A stretch of 64,000 nt of DNA, from assembly GCA_973895155.1 (NCBI GenBank), contig OZ316892.1:22607168-22671167 (forward strand). The letters are read 5' to 3'. Made by a program: the position numbers and the translations under genes. This stretch comes from Marsupella aquatica (lineage: Eukaryota > Plantae > Marchantiophyta). Numbering within the stretch: position 1 is the stretch's first letter; each line of letters begins with the position of its first letter. Below are positions 1-12,400 of this stretch, one piece after another. Under the pieces are notes generated by a model. That model ran no database searches. It was not told the DNA's origin and saw nothing but the letters and a program-made list of their open reading frames with translations.

Positions 1-320
1 TCGTTGCTAACAGCATGCAAGTGATCTTTAGCATAGTGGGTAGCTTTAGTTGTGAAGAAGAGTTTACCAAAGCTTAGCAACACAGGTAGACTAGTTGGCA
101 GTTCGGGCATCCCTTTCTTGAAGGGGATCCCTCTTTTGGGGTATCTTTCAGGTTGTGCCAGACAAGAACCATGATTGGAAACCACTCTGTACAGTTACAA
201 GTGAATATGTGTATCAAAAGGCCTATGTAGTGAAACTGTAGAATTTGGAAGAAACTTTTCCTGGTTGGGTAACATTGAGCTTCATTGTATCAATTTTGGA
301 AACTTCTGTCGTCATGAGAT

Positions 321-495
321 GCTTTTGTACCTTGTTACCTGTATATGAGCTTTACTTTCTCATCCTTCTCAACCTAAAGATCTCCAATTGTTGAATGTAA
401 TATCCACTGCTTTTGTACCTTGTTACCCTTATATGAGCTTTACTTTCTCATCCTTATTAACCTAAACATCTCCAGTTGTTGAATGTAATATGCAC
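321..495. repeat. Two-copy 88-bp tandem duplication
   Basis: GCTTTTGTACCTTGTTACC...GTTGAATGTAATAT at 321 and 409. Confidence 0.9.
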
Positions 496-520
496 AGCCT
501 TGAATGGTTTTTATGATTTA

Positions 521-1010
521 TGAGGCCCTATGCCAGTGTTTTGCATTGTGCAAGAAGGGTCGACCCATAGGAAGTGGGGCCAGGGTATTTATGGGGCAGG
601 GGAAGCACATATGTACCATGGGTGCATATTTCCTTTATCAATAGTTAGTAAACAGCTAATCGAATCAAGGGGAAGCACATATGTGCCAGGGGGCACATTT
701 CCTTTATCAATAGTCAGAGTAAACAGTTAATTGAATCCAAGCTAAACCACCCGTTGTGGATCTTTCCTGCCTAGGAGTAGTTTTTTGTAATTGAATCCAA
801 TGGCTGTGGATTTTTACTGCCCAGGAGGTTTTTTGTATTGGGACAAAGGCAAAATAAAAAGGTGGGATCCAGATTGCATGGCTGTGGATTTTTACTGCCC
901 AGGAGGTTTTTTGTATTGGGACAAAGGCAAAATAAAAAGGTGGGATCCAGATTGCGTGCTCACTATTATAGCTGTAGATGGTCCTTGGAGTGACAGACTG
1001 CTTGATCACT
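521..1010 (+). repeat. Dispersed repeat (non-autonomous element), copy 1, with internal tandem duplications
   Basis: GCCCTATGCCAGTG..TGTGCAAGA.GG..CCCATAGG.AGT.GGGCCAG...GGCTGTGGAT...CCCAGGAG is shared with 48528-48760. Contains an exact 78-bp tandem duplication (800-877/878-955). Confidence 0.75.
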
Positions 1011-1280
1011 TATGGACCTCTGGGTCATCTTTGTGTTTTCCGACCTTAAGACCTGTGAAGCCTAATCAATTTCGACACCTTGACCATGCAACATCGTACT
1101 GTTATCGAATTTTGAACGCACGGAATGACTTGAGATCTAAGATCCCAGGAACGTGTCCAGTAGGTTTTGCATCTTCCACCTTGTGACCGTGTTAGGGCAA
1201 CATGAAATCGCATCTAGTCGCCTGGCTGACCCTAGAGATAGACATGAAACTAGAGGCAGAGGTCAAATGGCTTCATTTTC

Positions 1281-1720
1281 AGGTGAAGTGCGAGTTAAAT
1301 GCGTATCTAGCACCTATGGGGTAGAAAGTAGTGGAAGAGAATACAGGTGAAATGTGAGGTGAAATGCATATCTAGAACCTATGGCGTAGAAATTAGTGGA
1401 AGAGGAGATGTATCGCTATGTGTATATTCTTTTCCTTTGCCTTTCTACCACGGAACACATATACCCTTTGTGTATTACTTTTCTTTGCCATTCTACCACG
1501 GAACCCAAGCAGCCTGGCCTGGGGATTCTCAAATTTGAATGAGAATAAGGTAAGATGCAATTTGGAGGCCTGAATATTCTCAAATTTGAATGAAAATACA
1601 AGTAAGATGCAATTTGGGGTCTGGTCTCGGGCTTATCAAATTTGAATGAGAATATAGGTAAGATGCAATTTGGGGCCTGGGGATTCTCAAATTTGAATGA
1701 GAATACATGTAAGATACATG
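1281..1720. repeat. Cluster of short tandem repeats (2 x ~64 bp, 2 x ~50 bp, 4 x ~52 bp)
   Basis: AGGTGAA.TG.GAG..AAATGC twice (1281-1410); CTTTGCC.TTCTACCACGGAAC twice (1417-1505); TCAAATTTGAATGA.AATA...GTAAGATGCAATTTGG four times (1516-1720). Confidence 0.85.
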
Positions 1721-4700
1721 TGGCAAACCTTTACACATGACAATTTTGCAGTGTGAAAGTGAGGTGAAGGATTCAAAAATTCACTTGGGGCTTCTGCTTG
1801 GTAACTCATCCCCACTTGGGGGTATTGGGCTGTAACCCCCTCAAGCTCACCTCCCATAGGGAATACATCCCATTACCCCTCTTGGGGATGGGTTACCACA
1901 CAAAAAATAATGTCTCATATGGTGCATGTGCATGAAAGTATAGGAAGAGGTCATCTAGAGGTCACTTATGACAAAGTTTGAAGTGAGCTTTCGGTAGCTA
2001 AACATGAAAGTAAAGAAAGAGCCGGGATGCACGGCTGATGCCTGTTCCTTTCCAACGCAAGAGGTTGTGCCCCTAAACCCAATGCCTTTGCTACAGGTTG
2101 TGCCCAAAAGCCTTGTGCCTCAAAAGAGGGATGCCGCTAGTTCTGCTACAGTAACAGTGCCATTTATATTATGAATTTAAATAAGGCAAGGGGAACTGGT
2201 AAGAGAGTCCACTTGGGCAGAACAGAAACAATTGAGATCTATTGAGATCTACCTTCTTGGGAGTACTGAGTAAAGAGTAAATGTGCAACAAAAGTGCAAG
2301 TCTCATGGGAGGCAAGTAGGGTACCTCATCAGCTGGTGGGGGTTATCAAAAGTTCAAAAACTAGGACAGTTTGTTTCCCTACGTGTCTCTGTATCATTAC
2401 CTAGCCAAACGAGGCTCTAGGCAGCCAACAATGCTCTATGTCCATGATAAAGAAAAATAATTGTGGGAAACGTGTTAATCAGCCATGACAAGTCTTACAA
2501 GCCCCTTTCAAGAGCTTAACTGGTAGAGTATTTTTGTAAAGACAACTAATCATGTTCAACTAATCATGTCAAGGTGAGTCCTAGTCCCAATGCACGCACT
2601 CATTCACATGGCCCTCACAATGTATAATGACTTCCAGCATATCCCTGCGATGATGACCGCTGCATACTGCATCCATTTTGCAACAATGTACCCATTTGCG
2701 AACACAGCTAGTCACGCTCGATGCCTTGAGTAATGGGAGCAGTCATGGTAATTCCCAGTCCTGATTGCACAAACTCAGTCACAGAGGCCCTTTATGATGA
2801 CATACCACAAAGCGTTGTGTACCCCCCGCAATGACAACCTACCATTCATGAACAATTAACCACATTTGACACCTCAAGTGATGGGAAGAGTTGGCAAGTC
2901 CCAACCCCAATCATATGCAATCACTCCCATACCACCACAATGTATCAAGTACCCCCAAGGACTGCATATTGTGTTGACAAAATCTGTGCATAGTGACCAT
3001 TTCTGTGATGACATACCATTTGTTAGCACAACTCATCACTTTGACTCTTAGAACAATTAAAAAAAGAAGTTATGGTGATGTTGTGTTGGAAATCAAGATT
3101 AGATACATGAGTATAAATTATGTTTTTGTCTATCTTTTCCAGGTTTGCGACTTGCTTAGTATGATTGAGGAAAGAAAACCCACAAGTCATGAAGCCTAGA
3201 TGAAACACTTGTATTTCCCGAGTAAACATAGAGGAGGAGAAGGCAAAAGAGTTCAAGTGAATGCGTAGCTATGGATGAAGTTCATGGAACATTAGTTGGA
3301 TTTCTAAATGGCATTGAGTTTCAATTTTGCATTGTAGATTCATTTTTGTTAATTTGTTATGCATCAATTTGGTGCACAAACTTTATTCTACCCACAATTA
3401 CCTATGCATCTAAGTGATCATTTATTTTTATGTCTTAACTAAGTAAGGTCAGACATGGTCAAGGTAATGGATGAGGTCAAGGTGTCCAACATGGCCAAGA
3501 TGACACTCATGGTCAAGGTGATGGATGTGGTTGCAGAAAATGTGCCTTCGAGTTTAGGGACACATGGCATGGCACAGCAATGGTGTGGGTCGGGAGTCAA
3601 GGGTTGATGGCAGGGAGAGGGAGCAAGTTAGGGGCTTTTGGTGGAGAAGGCTATCAGTTCAAATAACCCTTTGGATTGTTTAATTGCAAGGAGGGTCTCC
3701 TGAGTCCGTGTGATAGATTTCGGACCCATACATCATTCGGGAATAAAACTTGACATTGTCCCGACTCCTAGCGTGATAGATTTTAAACTTGCATTGTCTC
3801 TACTCCCATATCCCTTCCAGTGCAAGCCGCACCTGTCCAGATTGCTACAATCGTGTCTGAACTAAAGAGCCCTGATCAACCTCCCCACAGTGACTTTATT
3901 ATTATCACCTCGTACTATATGCTAGTGTTAGTGTACAACCTGTACCATGTGGGATCAACAAAATGTTCATCGGTAATCAAGTTAAAATCAGAGATCAACA
4001 AGCATTCTTCCGCACCCAACAAGTTCTAGGAAGCTTACTTTGAGAAAGAAATTTAGCACAGATACGAAGCATAACCTCAGGATCAAACTTTAGAAACAAG
4101 TGGCAGACGTGACCTCAGGATCTAACTTTAAAAGCAACTAGCAGACGTAAATGTGAAGTAACTGGGTCGCAGCTTGAAGTTTGACCCACCTTTTGCACCT
4201 AACAGGACATTTCTCAAATAAAGGAAATATACAATATTGCCTCCGCCAATAGACAAGAGGACCAGGACTTTATCACAACTGATGATGGGCATTGGAATAC
4301 ACACTGATGACTCGATCAACAACTGTCCCGAGCTTCAGCTTTACTTGGCAGGATCTTTACTAAAACCTTCGATCTAGTATAGTCCTTAGGTGCCTTGATG
4401 ACGGTGGCACACTCTCCAGCGCAAAAGAACTTTACAGACATGTAATACTGTTGAAGCAAGTTTTCAGTTCGGTGGACAAATCCCATCATTTTAGCACATT
4501 CATAGAAAGCAGTCCTAGTTTACAAGTAAGGCTCCAGGTCAGGATATTAGAAAGTACAAAACTGGAAATCTTCAGGCAACATTGCTACGCTTCATCATCA
4601 GCAAACCAAAATGGCTGAATACTAGTCCTGGGTTGTCGAAATCCTCGTGATGCGGATGCAATGCTCACACTTTCGAGTCCTTGACTTGGCTGGAGAGTGA

Positions 4701-4928
4701 CTCAGCTCCTTCCATTGCACCTTGGCCCTTCTGCAGTGGGTGGCAACTCGAAGCCAGTTTAGCAAACCAAAATTCAGCTTAAAGATAACTAAAATTACAT
4801 TTTCCAAATACGCATAAAATTCAGTTCATACTGATACTGAAGGCCGTGGAGTGCACACAACTATATTTACTCATAGATATTGAAGAAAATAACTTAATTA
4901 AACCCCAAGTCTGAAACATCCACCGGAT

Positions 4929-5115
4929 CCAGCCAATGGAAAACTTCCTCCAAAATTAGAAGACAACTGAATACATTGGTTTGATTCTTGCTCCACAATT
5001 TTCTTGCATTATAAACAACAAGTTCTCCAGCCAATGGAAAACTTCCTCCAAAATTAGAAGACAATTGAATACATTAGTTTGATTCTTGCGCCAATTTCTT
5101 GCATTATAAACAACC
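4929..5115. repeat. Two-copy 98-bp tandem duplication
   Basis: CCAGCCAATGGAAAACTTCCTCCAAAATTAGAAGACAA... at 4929 and 5027. Confidence 0.9.
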
Positions 5116-6427
5116 AGTTAATTGACAAAAACCTTTTTAAGAGCCTCTAGGAAGGAAACAGAGACATGGTCCTAAGCTCTCCGTATCAGACAAATTGCAA
5201 TTGCAATATCCTGGGGTGTAGATGACTAGTATAACGACACTCCATTACACAAAAGTGAAAACCTATCCGCAATCCTTATTTGACATCATCAGCTCATTAC
5301 ATATGAAGTTCAGGGACATGTGCACAGAGGTAATTAAGGGTCAACCGAAAAGGAGATCACACATAAGACGAACCAAATGGGTCCCAAACAGAGAATTACG
5401 GAGTCAAGAGAGACGTGTGCACGGCGAAAAGTACGTCAGGCTGCCACAAGCATTAAATTCTGAGAAATCCCTAGAGCTAGTCGAGGCTCAAACAAAAGAC
5501 AGGCCACGTCATATGGGTACATGAAGTAGGAGCTCAAAGAATAAGTCCCCTTACTCCAGAATAAAACTTCAGCAAACTGGTCATCTCAAAATGTCGATCG
5601 TGGGTGACAGACTATCTCTTACCACAGAATCAAACAGTCTGAAAGGCTGTAGACATATGCACCAGCAATATGTTCCACAGCTCAATACTCAGTGGTAGAA
5701 AACCCACCTGAAATTCGGTTTGGACGACAAAAGGACTTCTGGAATGTGGGCAAAAAGATCTGAATATCACACTGTGCTTGACAATCACCTGAGGTGTCTG
5801 AAACCCAGATCCAAAAAATAAACATTAACAAAACCTGGAGTACATAAACTCATGCTCACCGCCACATGCCATGTTTACTACAGAGAAGATAACATTTCTA
5901 AAGGCGTTCAGCATACCATGCCTGTAGAACATAAAGGCAGTTTTGGTAGCAAGGGCTTGCAGTAAGCTACACTCACAATTGTGATGCGTGCATGCTGCAT
6001 CTACCGAATTAAGAGCCGGAGGCCTGACATACAACGAAGTAGCACACAACTAATGTCCAGGGACTACAATATTGATGATCTATGGAAAACAGAGCTACCC
6101 ATCTTTAACACTCGGCTTCTGTGAGAAAAAAAAGGAGGCATACTCCTGCGATGGAGTAGCTTTAACACCTCAGTCCACTAGTATGTTTGTATGATGAGAG
6201 CCCATTGGTCCCTCTGTCCACCCTTGCTTCCCCTATCCAGGGGAGGCACTAAGGATCTGTGTCAAAACTACGGGAAAAATGGCGACACTTACACAATCCA
6301 CGCAACTCGGTACAAATTAGTCCCCAGTAGAGTGATTTCTGCTAAACAGCTCCACCAGAGGGTTTCCATTTGGATGTAGCCATGGAGTTGAATTATGAAA
6401 AAAGACGATCAGTTGGCGCAAAACCTT

Positions 6428-9400
6428 TCAATGGCCAACTGCCGTTTGGCCTACCTCTGACCCACTAAATAAGTTTGAGGAAGCGTCACCAATATTCCTT
6501 CTAGGAGAAGATGAAGGCTTGACGACATAGACCTGCTTCAACTTAGAGGATGAAGACACGAAGTTCTTGTCACCAGAAGATCCTCGTTCTGAAACTGGAG
6601 GCCGGCCTGGTCCTCCACCTTTTCTGGATTGGCCAGCCCAGCCCCCACTTGAGATACCCACCCGGGGAAGGCTTTGTTGAGGAGATCCTCTTTGATCTGC
6701 AAATGTACTTGAGTGCTGCTGCCCCAGTGAGATTGGAGGCATTTGAGAGGACTGAAGATGGGGTGAAGGTGCTCTTGACCCATTTGGGACCTGTCCACTT
6801 GCCCCAGAGCTTGGACCCATCCCCACGTTCGAAATGCTAATACCTCCATTGCCGCCTCCCCCTAAGCTGTTAGCCCCCCTTGCAACTCTGGATGAACGTC
6901 GTCCACTTCTCAACTTGTTACTGTTGACACCTACTGCTGCTGCTGCTGCTCCTGAGGGAGCGCCTACACTACTACTGACGGGTGGTACTCTGTTGGATGT
7001 CCGTTGACCCCGGAAAGAAGGGCTGTTGTTTGTCACAGATGAGGATGAGTCTCCCAATCCAAGTTCATCTGGAAACTGAGCAGCGGGGTCAACTGACTGG
7101 AACAAACCAGAACTCACTGGATTTGATGCTGGGACCAAATTGAAGCCACTGGTGGTCTCCATCATTTGCGGAAATTGCCCTATAGGACCCCGCGAATGTC
7201 TTGACTGCATTGGAAATCCCATAAGAGGACCCGAAATTGGAACATTGTGCAATGGCCCAGGAACATGGGACCACTGTGACTGCATTGCAACCTCAACGCC
7301 AGGAATCTGAAACAAAATGCAGAAGACAAAATGAACAAAAATGTCAAGGACAGGACAGTAACCTCAGTGAAGACTGACCAAACCAGTAACAGCTGTAACA
7401 CCTCAGCAAACAGTGACTAAACAGCAGGAACAGTTGTAAGCGCCTCCGCACATGACAAAATTTCAAGTAGCATGAGGGCCACAGAGAGAGGGAACCACTT
7501 ACTTGGAACGGTGCCGATAGATTCAAATCAAAAGGACCTGGTGTTGGAATAACCGAAGGCCCAGGAGCCATGCGCTGTACATTGTTCGTGACACCTGAGC
7601 TGCGCTGGCCGGACATAATTCCCCCCAATCCTCCATCACCCCCACTCATGCCAACCCCTGTACTTGATACTGGTGTATGTTTCCAGTCAGGTTGTTTCCC
7701 GGAAGGTAGGTACTGTTGAGGGTTCATGAAGCTCACTCCTAACTGTCCAAACTGACTCACTTGTGCAAAGGGGTTCGTGTAAACTAGCATAGGCGGGCCT
7801 TGTATACTAGGTATGCCCCCCGTAGGATTTATAAACGGCCCAGCATAGCTTGAAGGAGGACCCGCATAATAAGAGTCAACACCACCTGAGTGTTGGGGTT
7901 GCCATCCACCAGAGCCTGTCCCTGCATTAACAATTCCTTGGTCATGTACCGAGCCCGACGTGGGTCCCTGTGACCCCTGTGAAGTATCCTTACTAGTGCC
8001 AAAACCAAACATTGGACCCCCCAGCATTGTCCCCAACTCGTGACCCCTATAGGGTAATGCTCCTCCTGGTAGAGACTGATGGAGTAATCCAGATGAATTT
8101 GAGACGGGTCCCTGATGTGATATCGTTTGAGGGTCCACCGACAAATCAGCTGGCAAAGCAACAGACATGGACTCTTCCAGGCCAGAACCTTGAATCATGA
8201 CCGAGCCAGTACTTCCGTCTCCCATCGATAAGCCTAACCACAGCAATAAGAAAAGGTAAGAGCAGTGGATCAAACCAACAATATGCTAAGATCACATACC
8301 AGAAGCACTCATGACCACAGAAAGGACTCTAAGGACCTACTTCACAACGATCAAAGATCTAGTTCTTAGGTACACACCCGTATCAGCTGGCCAATACTCA
8401 CTATGCGAGCTTGTCACTGATGCTTTCCCATATGAGTTTTTGTTCCCAGAACCAGTTAATCCAACACCCCTCAAGGCGTTTTGTCCATCCCCGTGATGAG
8501 TGCTACCGACAGATTCGTCACTGGATATTGCTGCCACCGCAACTGCAGATGCAGCTGCCTCTGCCTCAGCATCTATGCCTTCCCCGCCTCTTTCCTCATC
8601 CCCCCTTGTACGTTTAGTTTTTCCAGTAAATGGGCTCACTTCGTTTCCGCCTCCTGAGAGCCGTTTCGATTTGCTCTTTGACTCATTATCATCCGAGGCC
8701 CCGTCTGCTCTTGGGCCAACAGCTGAGCCCACCACAGCATTAAGTCCTGGCGTAAGGGGGCGGCTGCTTGGCAGCGGGATTGGCGGTGATGTAACAGCAC
8801 CTAATGTTTGAAAGAAAGAAAGGGTTCAACTCAAAATAGACACAACATTCCAGAACCAATTGTATAAACAAGACAGATTCAACAAACTCAAGAACCTACT
8901 GGTGTCTGCAGGCAGATATCGTATTCTGAAGCAAAAGGAAAACTTCAATATAGCCATATTTCTGCATGTAGCTTCGAAATTTCTAGATAACTTACCAAAT
9001 TGGATCTTCTCTCCAGCCAGGAGGGAGCCAACGGGGCCAGAAGGAGACGCTGATGGTTTGTCCTTGCCTGTAGTAGAGGAGACTGATACCACAGGTTCTA
9101 AAACAAGAGTGCTGCGGTCACCAAACGGAAGCTGCTGAGGAACTGATGTTTCAAAGCGCACTGGCTTCATAGCCTCTTCCAGCTGAATCTGAGTAAGGCT
9201 AACCACCTGCAAGTACCAAAACTGAATTCAAAACCATGCTTCGACCTTTGAAGTGAAGTTGCCCACAGTTTATTGCAAAACTCCACAAAAAACGTTCAAA
9301 AACAAAATAAAGGCACTAGCAAAACATATGCAGTTCAAGTCCACAGGATCCAGCCTGAATAATTCCACCTTCAGGACGTCCTAATCAAAGCCTTAGATTT

Positions 9401-12400
9401 AACTACTCCAACTTGCTAATACGTACCTGGAGAGTTGACCGAGTTCCACCCCATGCGCTTGGGGCACCTGAGATGCTATCTTGATTTTCGTAGGCCGAAC
9501 TGGTTGGGACATCTACCTCAACAAGATTCCCACCTGGAGCGGCGCTCACACGTGGCCTGCTTGAAAAAAGAAAGGTGCGTCAGCTTAGAATTTATGACAC
9601 AGAAACTAATAAGAATTCACAGACAGGCCAAACAAGGCGGACACAACATAAAATGGTCTTCACTCACTTCGAATTTTTTGACCTTTTCTCATAAGCCATG
9701 TCAGCTGAACCTCCTGCTGGAGTGCCTATCGGAGGTAGCTGCGCAGGGTTGTTTGATGCCGGTAGAGAGGTAGAGGACACCACTACCGGTGAATTGGCTG
9801 TCTGACTTAGACGTGAGTTACTGGTATTACTCCCTTCCAAAGTTGCATTCTGGCTCGACGATCTTTTCTCTGATCCTGCCAGTCCACTGATCTTGCTTCC
9901 TACTCCAGAGTCTCCTTGGAGTCCTCCCTTCGTGACGGCTCTCTGTTTCCTAGCAGCCTGCTCCTTCGCCTGGGTTCAATTGAAAGAGGCATAATTAGAC
10001 TCTAAATGTCCCAAAGTTTAACACCAACCAAGTAAAACAAGAAACAAAAAATAGCACAGTAAGCCTGCACCGGTCGGGTACCTTTGTCTTTGCCTTCATT
10101 TCTTTCTCCTTCTGCTCCCGTCTGTCATTGAGCATCTGACGCTTGGAACGGACTTCAATGAAGTCATCGTCATCACTCGGGGCTTCAACCCCAGGCTGTT
10201 CGAGTACGGAGATATCTGAAGGCACTTCCTGGCTGTACCTCCCCAATACTCCCTCCTCTGGGCGAGAGGTACTATATCCTGCACTACGTCCTCCATTTTT
10301 GAGGGCCGGATCGCTACCCCCAGATCTATCAACCTTAGTGATACTACTGTGAGACGAACGCCCTCCTCCCAGGGAATGAGAACTCTGTCCTTGATCTCCG
10401 TAATATTTCCTATCTTGATGGTGTGAAGCCGAATCCTGATGTCCTTCCCTACTCACTGAACCATCACTGACATTGCCAGAGGCAGCTGCGCCCTCGTTCC
10501 ATCCGGACTGGTAATATTTATCTCTTCCCGTTCCCTGCTTTGCACCAGCTGAGCTATCTGGAAGCCCTCTATCCAACGGCAAAGTCGAGTCTCGCACTTT
10601 AATAAACTCAGTTCGACGATAGTTGCTTCGGCGGCTTGGCCTCACACGAGTAGAACCGTCCATGCCCGCTTCTGCTACATTGGCTGAAGTGGGTGCTATG
10701 GAACCATCTGACGCACCTGAGAAGGTACCCCTGCCTCCAGAAGTACCACTCCTACCCCTACCACGCGAAGGTGGGCCTGGCCATCGTGCACCATTACCTC
10801 TTCCTCGTCCAGTTCCATAATAAGGTCTGTTCCACGAGCCATCCCCACCTTGGCTGTTGTCGAACGCGGTCTCCGTTGGAGCCCCGATGCTATTTTCCGA
10901 TGAAGAATCAAAGGCACCTTCCGAACCTACGCGCTGAAGGGCTTTGATATGAGGCGCAACCACGGCATCCCGAGAACTGCGGTCACGACTCCTTCTCTCT
11001 GGTCGGAAACCCGTCCTACCATTTTTAAGCTCAGGAGCATAAGCATCAGTGGAATTCACATCCCCGACAACGCTTTGTCCGGTCTGACTAGCCCTGGTAG
11101 ACTTAACTGGCTGCAAAGGTAATTCATTCCCTTGAGATGTGAACGGCTCTTTGACAGACAAATTGGACACGTTCGTTTCTCGTATCTGGGTCCCATTCAA
11201 CTGAAATGCCCCAGCATTGGCATTTTGGGGCTGAGCTTGAGATTGGGAACCAGAGAGAGGGTGAGTGGACGCCAAAGGAGTTTGATGCCCAAGCTGCCCA
11301 AACTGAAACAGTGGGGTTTGAGACCCGAGGATCTGTGGCCCACTCTGAGGATGCAAGTGTAGAGGCATTTGAATCGAACCAATCTGTATGGCCGGAACAG
11401 AAGCTGGTAGTAGGGAAGTGCTTGGAAGAAGTCCAAACTGGAGAGTCACTGGACCATCCTGTTGGTTCTGTAAGACCGGAAGCGATGCCACCAAAGAGGC
11501 ACCTTGTGGCATCGCTGGCGTGGCATGAGACTGAGGTAATGATAGAGCCATAAATGATAAAGGCTGTTGGACTTGTGAAGCATAGTTGTCACCAGGTGCA
11601 ACTTGCACTGGAACCATGGAAGCCTGGGTAATGTGCTGCAAGAACGGCTGTGGCAGGCATTGATACGAGAGATCCTTCTCCTGCTGTCTGCTATCTACTG
11701 ACTCTGACGCGGAAGTCTCCTTCACATCTGCCTCGCTGTAGTCATGCTTTAGGCCGCCACTGTTGCCATGGTCGTACTCTCTGGAGTGCTGGTACACATT
11801 GTAATCCATATCACTCTCACCTTCTTCTTTGTACTCCAAGTTGCCTGAATGATATTCGCCAATTAACTGAGAGGTACCCTGATTCTCAATTCTTTTATCG
11901 CTTCCTACATCCAGCTCTACATCATCCTCCCATTCCCCAGCAATCTCCTCGTCTTCAAGGTCTGCTTCATCCTCAAGGTCTACCTCACCATCGTGCTCTA
12001 CTTCGTCCTCGAGGTCTACTTCATCATCTACGTCTTGATCAATATCCCCTTCTTCATCAAGGTCGACCTCGTCTACATAATCTTCGTCGTCTGCATCAAC
12101 ATCATCCTCATCCCGGGCATAACCTGCCTCTTCGTCGTCCGACTTTCCTTCCTCTGCCCTCCTGCCACTGGGTGACAGTGCCTCCTCGCTATCATCTCCA
12201 TTCTGTTCCACGTGACTTTCTGGGCTAGCAGGAGAAAATGACGAGTCATCGCGAGAGGAGGTTCCCTTCTCGACGTCAGCCACTTGGTGCTCTAAGATTT
12301 CGTTTTGAGACTCACTCTGGCTACCCCTAGCAGTATGCAAGTAGCTGCGCTGAGGCCTCAGAGACGCAGCAAGTCCCTGAATGTCCCTTCCATGAGACTC

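Noticed and set aside
791-1186. 131-aa ORF with repeated MAVDFYCPGGFLYWDKGKIKRWDPDC
   Set aside because: Produced by the in-frame 78-bp tandem duplication inside a dispersed repeat; non-ATG start and no domain recognised.
1516-1720. Regular ~52-bp repeats resembling a CRISPR array
   Set aside because: The whole unit repeats with no unique spacers, there are no cas genes, and the context is eukaryotic; an ordinary minisatellite.
3800-6400. Possible extra gene downstream of the PRRC2-like stop
   Set aside because: Only short ORFs without motifs or consistent splice structure; probably a long 3' UTR or intergenic DNA.
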